Assembly (NCBI GenBank): GCA_004431415.1
Contig: QPMI01000516.1
Span: 62,001 to 126,000 of the forward strand
Length of the DNA stretch: 64,000 nucleotides
Origin: Cyanophora paradoxa CCMP329
Taxonomy: Eukaryota; Plantae; Glaucophyta
Reading direction: 5' to 3'
The notes under the pieces are model-generated. The model was given only the letters and a program-made list of their open reading frames with translations. It made no database searches and was not told the origin of the DNA. Shown one piece after another: positions 13,529 through 25,714 of this stretch. A program made the translations under genes and the position numbers. How positions within the stretch are numbered: the stretch's first letter is position 1; every line of letters starts with the position of its first letter.

Positions 13529-14609
13529 GGTCGCCTGGGACTGGTACCCGGCCCCGAGGCCCCACTCCGCGCCCCCCTGGGCGCAGTAGTCTCTTATTCT
13601 AATTATTCTCTTCCGAGTTTCGCACCCTTTCAACTCGGTTTCCGTGTGCGCGCTCGGATTCGAGATACCTGTTAGCGAGTAGTTCATATAGACTTTACTA
13701 GTGTAGGCTTTACTAGTGCTTCCGCACAGTTTTTCATCGAAAACCAATGAACGTCGTATAAACGATACCGTACTACGCCAGCGATTCATTATTGTAGATT
13801 GTACAGATCTCGACGTGATTCGTTCATTACGTGACCGTCGGACTATTGGCTGTTCGAGCACTTCGCCAGCTGTTCGAGAAATCGTGGACCCCACTGCTCC
13901 ATTAAGTACTACAGCTAGCTATAGTCTTCTGCCCTGCATTCGCTCATATATACCTCATGACAAGAACAATAGATATACCGAACTTATTTGTAGTAGAAGT
14001 ACGTTAGGTGTCTCAGACTCTGAGAGTGTCTGCATCTTTGGTGCTGCATCATCGATATCACAGTACAAAACTTTCTACAACATGTACAGAGCTACATCTA
14101 AATTTAGCGCTACTTCGGCGGCCTTAGATCTCAGACTCGAAAGACTCACTATAGCTAGATGGGAGGGCCCAGCAGGCGAGGCGGTGGGGGCTCGAGCTCG
14201 TCATTGCCCGCGGCGGGGGGGAGGCGCGCGGTGTCCCGCCCGGTCCGATGTCCGAATTCGAAAGGCTTATAATTAGTCCCGTAGGTTCATCTCTCGACTT
14301 GACACAGATGGACACCTCAGTTGTATTTCTAGCCTTTTAATTTGTCTCGGTGTGTGCGAATTCATTTAGTAGGGAGGGCCCAGCAGGCGGGGATCAATTT
14401 CCGCTGAGCTGTACAAGCGCGGGGCCGGGATATCGATGCACATGATCCAGATCCAGATCCAGAGGTCGGCTGCGGCTAGATCCAGATCAAGATCAAAACT
14501 GCAGGCTAGTGCTATAAATGCCGCCAGCATCTGCGCGAGCGCAAGCTGTACAAGGACTCCGGGAAAGCTCAGGAGGCGGAAATGAAAGTCTACTTATACA
14601 GCCGGCTAA

Positions 14610-17600
14610 TTATAAGCCGCAGGCCTCGAACAACGTTAACCCGTCCCCGCCCGCCTTGGTCAGCGGCTCGACCTCGATGCCCAGTGCCGCTTCCAGCTCC
14701 TGCGGGCGGGCCGGGCCGGGCCGGGCCGGGCCGGCGCGCCCGTAAGCGAGCGAGGCGCAAAGGGCGTGATTGTGAAAAGAGGGCGCACGGCCTTTTGGCG
14801 GAGCTGCTTGGCCTGCTTCGGGCCGGCCGCGCCGGGGTCGACGACGTCGGCGCGGAGGCGGCGGAGGCGGCCGCGGAAGGCGGCGGCGGATTCGGTGGGG
14901 AGCGGGTGGGGCAGCGGGTTCCAGACGGAGAGCTCGCGCAGGCCCGTCAGGTCCGTCGCGATGCGCTGCGAGGCGAGGAATGAGCTGACCCGCCTCGACT
15001 CGACCGTCCTGGCCCCAGCCCCGGCCCCAGCCCTAGCTAGCTCTGAGCTCCGCTTGTGCCTTACGAAGCGGGCTGGGCCGGGGGCGGACCAAGAGGAGGG
15101 AGGCAGGCGGGGAGGAGGGCGCCTATCTCGAGGCTCTCTAGGAAGAGAGGGGCGGCGGACCTTGAGGAGGGAGAGGGGGAGGGCGCTGGCGCGGCCGAGG
15201 GTCTCGACGGAGAGGTCGAGGGCGCGGACGGTGCCCCAGGCCGCCAGGGGGCGCCGGGCGAGGGCCTTGGCGAGGTCCCCCGAGGCCTCCAGCCTCACTT
15301 CCTGTAGGGCGGGCGGAGTTTGATGGTTAGATAGGGTGGCGGGAGGAAGCTAAGGCCGGGGCGGGCGAAGCGGCTGTATGGGTGTTTGGATGTGAGACGA
15401 TGTTTAGATATCGATGGAGCGGCAGGCCGGGGCGGGCGGGGCGGGGCCGGGGCGGGCGAAGGGCCGGGCCGAAGTTAGATGGTCAGAAGTTCGACGAGGT
15501 TTAGACAGAGCGGCGGGCCGGGGCGGGCCGGGGCGGCCGGGGCGGGCGGAAGTGCGGGCGGGCGGGCGGGCGGGCGGGCGCGCGGGCGGGTCGGGCGGGT
15601 CTGCCTTGCACTCGCACTCGCCTGGAGCGCGAAGAAGCGCGCGAGGGCCTTGGCGATCGCCGTGGCGTCCCCGCTCTCCTCGGTCAGGGCGATGAGGTCC
15701 AGCACCCGGAGGCGGGGCGCGAGCGCCGCCATCGCCGCCCCGCACTCGCCCCCATCGACCTCCGAGCCCAGCGTCAGATCTATATCAAGCTTAAGAGCTC
15801 TTCGCTGCAGCCTAAGAGGGCTCTTAAGCTCTTGAGCTAAGATACCTCGCCGCCCAGCGTCAGATCCAGCGCCTCGAGGTTGGGGAGGCGCCCGAGGAAC
15901 GAGGGTGCCTCCGAGAGCTCTCCCACGAGCCTCAGCGCTGCGCGGGGCCCGAGTGAGTGAGCGAGCCGGGCGCTCAAGCTCGGCCCGAGTGAGTGAGCGA
16001 GCCGGGCGCTCAAGCTTACACTTAAGAAGCATGAGCTTTCTTGAAACCTTAAGCTCTAAAGCTCTCAAGCTGAAGCTTGAGCTCTGAAGCTTAAGCTCGT
16101 AAGGTCTTAAGCTTCAGCTTGAGCTCTTAATCTTTAGCTTGAGCTCTTAAGCTTAAGCTTCAGCTTTCTGCAGACGACGGAGGGAGGGACGCACATCGGA
16201 GGGAGGCGAGCGAGGAGAGCGCGTCCAGGTTGGTTTCGTCCCCCACGGAGAGGTCCAGGTGCTCGAGATGCGGGAGGCGCCCGAGGGGCTCCAGCGAGAA
16301 GTCGGCGCTGCCGCCCAGGCTGAAGCTCAGGGCTGAGGAGAGCGCGCGCGCGTAAGAAAGGAGAAGCGAGGAGAGCGTAATAAGAGAGGGCGGAGATAAT
16401 TATTATTATAAGGGTCTAGGCCCAGGGGAAGTGGCGCGATCGCGAGGCTTAAGCTTACGCTTTCTTAAGCTTAAAATCTTTAGCTCTCAGGAGAACGCGC
16501 GTAAGGAGAAGCGAGGAGAGGAGGAAGCTGGGCGCACAGCGGAGCGAGGCGAGCGAGGGGAGGGGCCCGAGGACGTCGGCCGGCCCGTCGTACTCGAGGA
16601 CGTCCGGGGGCGCCTCGAAGTCGATGAGGAGCCGCTGGAGGCGGGGGTACGCGAGGGAGAGAGCGGCGAGGCAGGCCTTCACCGCGTCGCAGAAGCCGTC
16701 GGAGTCCCCGGGGACCAGCGTCCGGCCGCGGCCGGAGGCGTCGAACTTGACGGACGCGCGGAGGGCCGCGAGGGGCAGCGGGGAGAGCGCGGCGAGGGCC
16801 GCCGGGCTGACCGCGAGGCCCCTGAAGCCGTTCCTGAGGTCGAGGACGGAGAGATGGGGGAGAGAGGCGAGGGGCGCGAGGTGCTCCGGCTCCCACGTGC
16901 ACGTGGAGCAGGGGTACGCCGGGCCGACGCGGAGGGCCCGGAGGGAGCGGAAGCGGGCGAGCGGCGCCATGGGGAAGACCGGGGAGACGGGGACGCGCAT
17001 GGCTCCGGAGCGCCCCGGCACGAGGACCTGCGCGAGGCAGGGCGAGGTGAGACGCGCGGATCAAATCAGGGCGCGCGCCCGCGCGCCCGCCCGCCCGCCG
17101 CCCGCCGCCCGCGCGCGGGGATCGGACCTGGAGCGGTACAATCTTCAGATCGAGCTCCTCGATCCCGGCCACGCGAGCCGCGCCCTCGAACTGAAGGGCC
17201 AACGCCGCGTCCGAGTCGTGCGCAAACTGCTCGCCCATCGGCCCCGGAATCGTTCTGAACGAGAGCTCCATCCGCGCCCGCGGCGCCGCGCCGCCGGCCT
17301 CCAGCAGCTCCGCGAGCCGCCGGCAGACGCGCCGCAGGCGGCACACGCGCCGCAGGTCGACCCACGGCTCCGCGTCCGCCGGAGCTGCAGCTGAGCTCGC
17401 CGCGACGGCGCGATGCTTGGCCTCGAGCCGATCGCAGCAGAAGGTCCGGTCCCTCCCGTCATCTTCGCTCGCGCACGCCAGCCGGACGATCCGGTGGAGC
17501 AGCGCGTCCGGCAGGCCGAGGAGCGTCGCGCCGTCGACCGGCGCCGACGAGGGCTGCAGCGAAAGTGTGAGATAGAAGCACGAATGACGCCTGCGACGCA

Positions 17601-17736
17601 TCGAAGGGCGGGCGCGAACCGCGGCAGCGACGGCGTCTGGCGCGGAGAGACGAGGGTGCGGACGTCCTCGCGTATCGGACTCGCTGGATGCTGCAGAGCT
17701 CGCCTCACGCTTCCCCTTCGCGCCAGCGCCGTCCAT
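14610..17736 (-). CDS. F-box / leucine-rich repeat protein (multi-exon)
   Basis: F-box-like LLGLPDALLHRIVRL...LRRVCRRL followed by LRR-like units (LRALRV, LPHLSVLDL, LQRLLID, LRVLDL, LRELSV). Confidence 0.65.
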
Positions 17737-19449
17737 TCGCGCTGCCAGCTTCGAGGGGCCGGATGAGCGGCGCTGTACCCTACTGCTTCCCTCCCCCCCT
17801 CTGGGTTTTTCTTTCATTCGAGTCCGCGGAGGGGTGGGCGGCCCCGGTATGCGCACGCGCCGCACCTACGTAAACGGTATACCGGGCCGGGGGTAGGGCG
17901 CGGCCGGGCATTGTGGCAGCTAACGGCGGCTTAATTAGCGCCGTCCGACGGACGCGACGACGGGCAGTGTCACACAGTGTCCGACGGGCGTACGTATGAA
18001 ATTTCTGGCCATGGGCCGGGGGTCCATCTATCTCTCGCTTTCTTATAAATAACTTCCAGTTTGCAACAGGTATATATATATATCCTTGGATTGCATTGTC
18101 GTTCCGAAAGTTCTGAACGTTATCTCCGGAAGCGTCATGTGCATTCTAATTATATGCTTCTTAAGGCACCTACACTGTGACACCCTGCTTCTCCTCATGA
18201 TCAATTTCGTCAATTTCTCATATATATGCATATGTATGCGCGCCTTGCAGATTCTCCCGAGCATATATAGTGGGTCGCCTCGGCGGAGGAGGCCGTGAGC
18301 GGCCTGCAGGCCGCCCGGGCGCGCCTCTCGTCTCGCCCCCTGGACCTTGAGGCCTGCCTGTCGACTACTCCCATGCGCCGATAATATAATTAGTCGTGAT
18401 TATTGCAATGGCCGTGCATGGAGGGCATCTCTTATAAATTTCTGTTCGCCGAAGGGCAGGGTGCTGAATATTTATTTTGCAGTGATCCGGCCCTGCGTGA
18501 GCCCTCAGCGATACAGTGCTGAATATTCTTGTAGAGCCCGGTGCTAATACCTAAGCCTGCTGCAGCCTGTTTGCCATAGGTCCACTGTCCGGGATCATAT
18601 CGCTCCTTCTCGAACCCCGCGGCATTAATATTCGAATTCTCCACTTCCTCGCTTTTTTCTTCGCCGCCGCCGCCGCCGCGATTGCGGTTGCGCCCTCTCT
18701 GAAGTCGATTCGCCAGGGGCGCTCCTCGGAGCTCACGCTCGACCAGCCGTAGCTATATAGGAATTCGAACTCGAGCTCATTCGCTGCTTTAATTTCTAGA
18801 TCTAGCTTGAGAGGCGCCGAGAAAGAAATTATCCTTAATATCACTACGTATATACGTATACGTATACCTACGGGGGGTTCGCCCCACCGTAGTCTCCCCC
18901 CAAAAAAAGAGAAAGAAATCCGAATTTATATTTAAGATCTAGAGCTAGAGGTCCGGCGGTCCTGCTCGCGCACGCGGACTTCGGCGATTTATGATTCGCG
19001 ATCACCTTGAGAGAGGGGGGAAACTGTTATTTGAGTCTGTAAAGAAATATTAATCCCAGAATTCAGCGGCTGCGGTTCATCAGTTTGACCACATTCATGA
19101 CCTTGAATGCATATGGAAGGCCCATCGGCTGACCCCGTCCTTCGTCGGCAATGTGGACACGCACATTCGAATTCGCTGGAGGTGCAGGTTCATATCTCGA
19201 GCGGGCGGCGATCTCTGAACGATCGCCCGCCGTAGGCCCATATGCATGCGGCAGGCTGCCGCTGCCGGTGATGGCGTATAGGCCTGGCCCGCCAGCATGG
19301 CCAGCGGCCCAGCTGCAGCCTGGCAGGCGGGCCAGGCCGCCCGGCTCCAGCTAGTTATATCGGAATCTCGAATTCATGACCAGGGTGCACGTGGGAGCAC
19401 GTGGGATCAAGCCTTGACTTTGTGAGTTCCGGATCCAATTAAAGCTTAA

Positions 19450-19689
19450 GCCTAGGGACAGACTGACCGAAGCCAATCATTCTGTGCCCTTCCACAGTTC
19501 GACAGTCAGAGGTCCGCCCACACCTTGCGGCGCGAGTAGTCCTCCGTCCGTCTTGTGCTTCAGAGCACAGACCCCTAGCCTGGGCCCTAGGCCCAACCCT
19601 TAGAGCCAATCCTTTTCCCGAAGTTACGGATCCATTTTGCCGACTTCCCTTATCTACATTGTTCTATCAACTAGAGGCTGTTCACCTTG
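19450..19689 (-). rRNA. Isolated ~240-bp fragment of eukaryotic 28S (LSU) rRNA (non-functional copy)
   Basis: The reverse complement reads CAAGGTGAACAGCCTCTAGTTGATAGAACAATGTAGATAAGGGAAGTCGGCAAAATGGATCCGTAACTTCGGGAAAAGGATTGGCTCTAAGGG, a conserved LSU core segment, followed by expansion-segment-like sequence. The flanks are not rRNA-like. Confidence 0.9.
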
Positions 19690-20654
19690 AGCTAGGCCTC
19701 CCGGAGTCCCGGGTCCAGCTGCAGGGCGGCTGCCGCCGGCTGGCCATGGCCCATGGGCCAGTGGGGGCCTGTGGGCCCAAGTGTGGGGCCACTGTGCGCA
19801 GGCGCCGCAGGCGCGGCATGCGGCGGCGCAGCGGCGCCATGTGCAGCAGGCTGCCAGCAGCGCAGCTGGATCTGCTCACTGAGCTGCTCAACCTCCGTAA
19901 GGCTAAGTTCGCGTGTTCTCGATCCGGATCCTCGGAGCTTTAAAATTGGTCGATTTCGGATCAGTTTCCGGATCCGACATGTACATGATTGGAATCGGAA
20001 GTCCGGATCCGACAATTTCCGGTCCTCGATCGGAAGTCCGGACTCGGGAATCCGGATCGATATCATTGTATCCCCGGATTCCCCGCTGGGCCGCTGCGCA
20101 GGCTGCAGCCTGCAGCTGGCCCAGTGGACCCCGCACTGGGCCCGCATGCGCAGAGTCGGCGCAGACCCCCGGCCGGGCCCGCGCGCGGATTGCGGACCCC
20201 GCGCGCGCCGACTCCGGAGTCCGGATCCCCAGCCCGCCGCCGGGCCGCACTGCCGCCGCAGCAAGCCTCGAAGTTGCGGACCCCGCGGCTTGCAGCAACT
20301 TGGCAAGTTGCAGGCTTAAGTTGCAGGAACTTAAGCTTGCAGGCTAAGTTGCAGCTGCAGCTTGCCAAGTTGCAGGCGCCGGCTGTTGCAGCTGCACGCT
20401 GGACTTTCTCAAGTTCTGAGACTCTCTCTGACAGTCGCAGGCTTGAGCTCGCAGCCTACTAAGCTATCGTTCCGCCGCACTTCCCGTAGTCCGCCGGGCG
20501 GACGTACATCGATCCCCGCGCGGGCCGCGCCCAGTGTCAGGACGGCCGCGGGGATCGGGGATCCGGAGGTGCACCGTGCACCGTCCCACCCGCTGCGCGC
20601 ATTCCGGTCTCTAGACCTGTCGCCACCTACAGCTGCAGCGAAATCTCACGAGTC

Positions 20655-23600
20655 ATGCTGCACTCCGGATCCGACGGCTCCTGTACGTGTGACAGGCCAA
20701 CCACCGCGGCCATGGCCAAGTCGTCGACGCCCGCAGCCGTCGCCCTCAGCCGCAACATGTACGCGTATGCAAGCACCGCGGGCACTGGCGGCAGCCTAGG
20801 CCTTGCGTTCCCTTTGGGGCTAGGCGCCGAGCTTGAACATGTACAGCAGTCCTCCCGTGGCCAGCTGCAGCGCCCACGACCGGCACCCGTGGCCAGCAAC
20901 GGCATCCCTCGCGATCGTCGGGCGCGGCGGGTGCATGATATGTACAAGCCAGCTGCGCATATGCATGCAGGATCGCATGATCATGACCAGCCGCAGCCGG
21001 CGGAGGCTGAATCCTCGAAGATCGATTATGATCATACGCATGATATCGATCATGACCATATGCATGCGCGCTCAACTTTGCAAGACCAGGACCAGCATGA
21101 ATTCTCGAACATATGCATCGCCCAGTCAACAGCGCACAACTTCCGCCCAAACGTGCCCGGGGCGTTGCCACTTGCAACGCCCACTTGCGATTGCAAGCTG
21201 TATTCGGACGCCGTTCAAAAGCACAATGATCAGCCCGCGGCCGCTCATGATCAGGGCAAGCCAGCCGAACCCATGGCCAACCGCACTCGCCTCGGATGCG
21301 ACCCCCTCGACGACGCGGCCAGAGCGTGGGAGATCGAGCGGTCTCTGCGCCTCCAGCTTCGCCTCAAGATCCACTGGGACCAGTTCATTCGCGAGTTCGT
21401 CGTCCACCTTCTCTTCCCCCTCTCGCTCCCCTACGTGCACCTGCGGTACGGCATCGGCGCCGTCCGCCAGCGCCACTTTTGGGGGTGCACGCGCCACTTT
21501 AATTTCGGAGCAATCAATGGTTCTGCAGCTGATCTCGAACTCTTTCAATTCAACAGGCTCTACTGGATGACTCCTGCCGTGTACGCCTCTTACGCGTGCC
21601 CGTTCTTTGCCGTGCGTCCTCTGCAATATATATATTCACGCGATTCGATTACATATGCCGCGGCCGCGGTGCTTCAATTGAAGGCTTGCAATTGACATCA
21701 ACAATGCGAGACAGGTCGCCATGTACGGACTGCTGCTAGAGCCGCGCGAGCGATCCATTAAGTCCGTCGAATTCTTTCTCTTCCTCGCCGTGCGTGACCC
21801 GCACGTGGCCGCGCCGAGTTGCAAACCCTGAATCCTCGAGATTTCCGCAGATGATGATCATTCGCGCAACTATGGTACGCGCGGACCCAGAGCTCCAATC
21901 CTTATAACGCTCGTCGTGAGCGGATTTTGAGTGGCGCGGCAGGTGGCTCTTAAATACGGCTTGCGGCCCAAAGGTCGCTACGAGCGGTCCCTCCGCGGCA
22001 CACTCTCGATCGAGAAGTGCCGATCGGAGGAAGTGCTATTCGGGTGGCTCCCCCTGCGAGCTGTCACGGCCAAGCACGAGATCGCCGACGCGTGCAGGCA
22101 CGAGCATTTGTACCTTGCAGACGTCGATCCTTGACTGCAGCTGATTCATGATCGACCCCGGGCGCAGCCGCGTGCGGCTGGACCCCAACATGCCGCTTGT
22201 GTTCCGGGAGAGCGCGGCCGAGGTGAAGAACGCGCTGAAGCTCGCATTGCACGTCAGCCCCGAGTCGGAGGCCACGATTCAGACCGTTCCGCGCATCCGC
22301 AAGTGCGTTCGGCAAAGTGAGATATCTCGCGATGCTGACGTCGACCTTTCCCGGCAGCGGCGAGAAGGCGGGGGGCACGGCGACGTCCGTACCCATGCAG
22401 CTCTGGCTCCTGCAGGTTCTCGCGATATATAGTCGTTCGACGCCGTCGTTTTCGCGGCTTTATTTCTTGAGCTCGCACACACAATCGGGCAGCTTCTCAT
22501 GGACAGCTCGCCTTTTGAGCAGGTGTCAAATTTATTTTACGGCTGCATCACTGCTGCCTCTCAAGCCATGCTCAGGAGCGATACCACAAAGCCAACAACC
22601 CGGAAAGCGTTCTGTACAAGTACTTTGGCCCATTCCTCCAAGCTCGAGCCCCTCGCGTCCGACCCTCGTTCGCGTGCGCAGGCTCAGCAAGCCTGGCAGC
22701 CGATGGGACGGCGCCCGCTCGATCGTCGCCGGGTCGACCGACACCGTCCTCCGCCTCGTGTTCGCTTCGGGCAAGCAGCTGCAGCCTTCGAATTCCGAGC
22801 CCGCTGCTTTCCCTCTCACGCCGGGCGCCGTGACGAGGCTGCGCGCGCAGTACAAATCTCTCTCCCGTACCTGATCGACAACTCGGGGGAAGGCCGCCGC
22901 CTCTGGAACGCGTCCTGGCGCATCCAGGTGCCCCTGGCCATGGCCCGCGGCCGGCCGGCGCCATCGCGACGTGCGATCGCGACGGCGACCATGCCGACGA
23001 CAGGTCATCTCGGCGTTTATGATCACCGGCGGATTCTTCATCATGTACGCTAGCTTATCTGCTTTATTTATGCTATCTCCATTTTAAATTCGATCAATGC
23101 AGGTACTTCTTCATCTGCCCTTTTGCGCTCGTGGCCGTGGCGGCCGCCCGCCGCCGCCTCCGCTGGCTCCGCGCCACCGGCGCCATATTCTGCCTCGACG
23201 GCCAGGTCCGGATTCCGTTCCACTCCGTTTTAATTAATTCGGCACCTTAAAGCTTGCATTTCGTTCGAGGCTCAAGAAACGTGCATATACAGAACCCCGA
23301 GGACAAAGACGAATACGACGAAGAAAGCAGCGATGAGGAGGGCGACCGAGAGGGCTCCTGTAAACTCGTGCGTCTCGATGATCGGGATCGAGATCTCGAT
23401 GATCGTATAATTAGGCATATGCACGGGCCGGGGCATGCGCACCCGAAACTCTAGCTCAAGCTTAAGGGACAAACGCATGCGAATGTACAGGATTCGAATT
23501 CGAATCGGCCGTCGCGGGAGAAGAAAAAGGCGAACAAAGATTCGGACAACTGCCACGCCTGCTCTCTCCATCTAGACTTCCAGGTCCTTAACTTCGAATT

Positions 23601-25164
23601 CTTGTCTTGCAAGTTTCCGCAACTCCTCGCAATCGGCTCTCACGTCCCCACAGTCCCCCTCCAATATCCTCGCGTGGGCCCGCCTGCGCCAGGCATGTCG
23701 CCCCGTCGATATCGCGCCCTGCTCTCTCAGTGCATAATCCGCTGACGCGAGGCACTCGCACCGTTCAACGCGAAGGCGGTGTGCCACGTTGGCTGGCGCT
23801 TTTCCATCCGCCTCGCTGTTTTCATGTCCACGTGCGCCTCCTCTTCGCTCCCATAGATAGCTTTACGCCTGGTTTCGTCTTCAATTAGAATGTTTCGCAC
23901 GCGTTAACGTTGGCCATACCACTGTTGTTTCTCGTTGATTGACCATTGCCTTGGCAGCGTGGCGGTCACGCTAGTCATTCTTGTTATCATCGTCGTGTAC
24001 ACGTCCATCGCCACCGACCGCAGCGTCTCACAGGCGCGTCCTCGTGCAAATTGACTGCATGCACAGTTTCCATATTGATTGCCTGGTTGTGACTGCGGTC
24101 CGCATGCGCAGCTCTTCTACTCTCTCGCGCTCGTCGACGTTTGCTTTTTCGGCTCTTGCCTCGTCGTGTGCGCCCTCTTCGGTGCCCTCTCCAACAACCT
24201 CGTTCAGCAGGCACGCAGTCTTGCTTTTTTAAAGTATCGAATTCATTACCTACAGATAGGCGACACAGAAGGCGCCGGCCCCCTTCAATTTTCTTTCACT
24301 GATCCAAAGCGGCGCAGCACCGCTTTTTCGTGTCGCACTTGCAGCTCCGCCTGGAGGAGGCCGCGATGCGGCGCGCAGGTGTCTCCGCCGCTTCGGCTGC
24401 GGCCGCCGTTCCCTCGAGCTCGTGCGCATCAAAATCGCAGTTGGCGTCGACGTCGACGTCGACGTCGGCGTCCCGCGCTCGCGTTCGTCGAGCCCGGCCC
24501 GTCGCAGAGATCAACCGGGACCGGTCTCGGCGGCGGACGGCCGTTCTGTGCGGCTGCACCTCGTGGACGCCATCCGGATGCGGCGGAGGAGCTCGCCCGC
24601 CGTGCTCGACCTCGACGTCGACGCGGTCCGACATGCGCCCCTAATATTAATCGATATCGGCCGCACCTTTATGGCCAGGAAACGACCTTTTCTCACGCAG
24701 AAGACGCAGCAGCGGGCGGCGCGGGAGCAGAGCGACAGCGCTGGCGCCGGGCACAGGCCAAGCGAGGCGCGGTGCCTGCTGTGCGACATGGCTCTGGAGC
24801 ACTGCTCCTGCCTGCGTCACCTGCAGATCGCCGAGGGGCACATCCGCGTGCGCATGCGCATGCGCGCGCGCGCCCTGTCGACGTCGACGTGGCATGTGCG
24901 GCATTAAGTTAAACTGGCGGCAGAGGGACCACAAGCTGCAGCCGGAGACGGTGCTAGGCGTGCGGGCCGACCTCACCCTCTGCCGCCTGTGCGCACCGCT
25001 CGATCCGCATATGCATCCTTCGCGGCCTGTAGATGTGCGCCCAGCCTGACGCATGCATGCCGGCACGCAGGATCGTCAGTCTGTTCGTCTCTGCCATCGT
25101 ACTCATCGTCTCCCAAATCCGCTCCGGCAAGAGCGACAGCGTGGACCTCGGAAGCTTCATCTGA
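20655..25164 (+). CDS. Polytopic membrane protein (multi-exon), possibly 7TM ion channel / gustatory-receptor-like superfamily
   Basis: Several hydrophobic exons (FVVHLLFPLSLPYV; LWLLQVLAIYS; YFFICPFALVAVAA; YSLALVDVCFFGSCLVVCALFG). C-terminus is ETVLGVRADLTLCR..IVSLFVSAIVLIVSQI...GSFI*. Confidence 0.45.
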
Positions 25165-25714
25165 CCCCCTAATAGTTCAGCTCTCCATAATTCGAACCTA
25201 CCACGCTCTAGATCTGCCTCATTCGTATGTGCATACCAGGCTTTACATGTGCTTCAAGCTTTTGTTCCAGGGTGGCGTCCTCGTGTTCACACGTGCCGAT
25301 CACATCCGTTCACTATTATTGAAAGAATTATGCTTCATGGTCAAAACCTCAGGGACTAGAAGAACAATCGAGTCAACCTGCAGGGTGGGGTGTTAAAAGA
25401 ACCGAAATCGACCTCCAGGATAGGGTCGTACTGCAGATAAACGTAGGGGAAAAATACAGCATCAATCAAGCAATCTTTCTCGTGATCCGATAATCACCGA
25501 CAAAAGCTCCATCCTACATTCGAAAGCTACAAGCGTACGAAAGAAACGCTATGTGCACAGGACAGCCCTGAACGTAAACGGCTTCGCTGTTTGGCTAAAT
25601 TTCGATCGCATTGGGTTTTCGAGGCTCTAGGCGCACAGCCTACACTTTCTGCTTTCTACACATACGCACTAGCGCTATAGCTAGCTTCAGGTTAAAATTT
25701 AAATGCATCTACAG

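Noticed and set aside
18043-18844. AT-richer patch with short ORFs, possibly a decayed transposon or gene
   Set aside because: No recognisable domain or termini.
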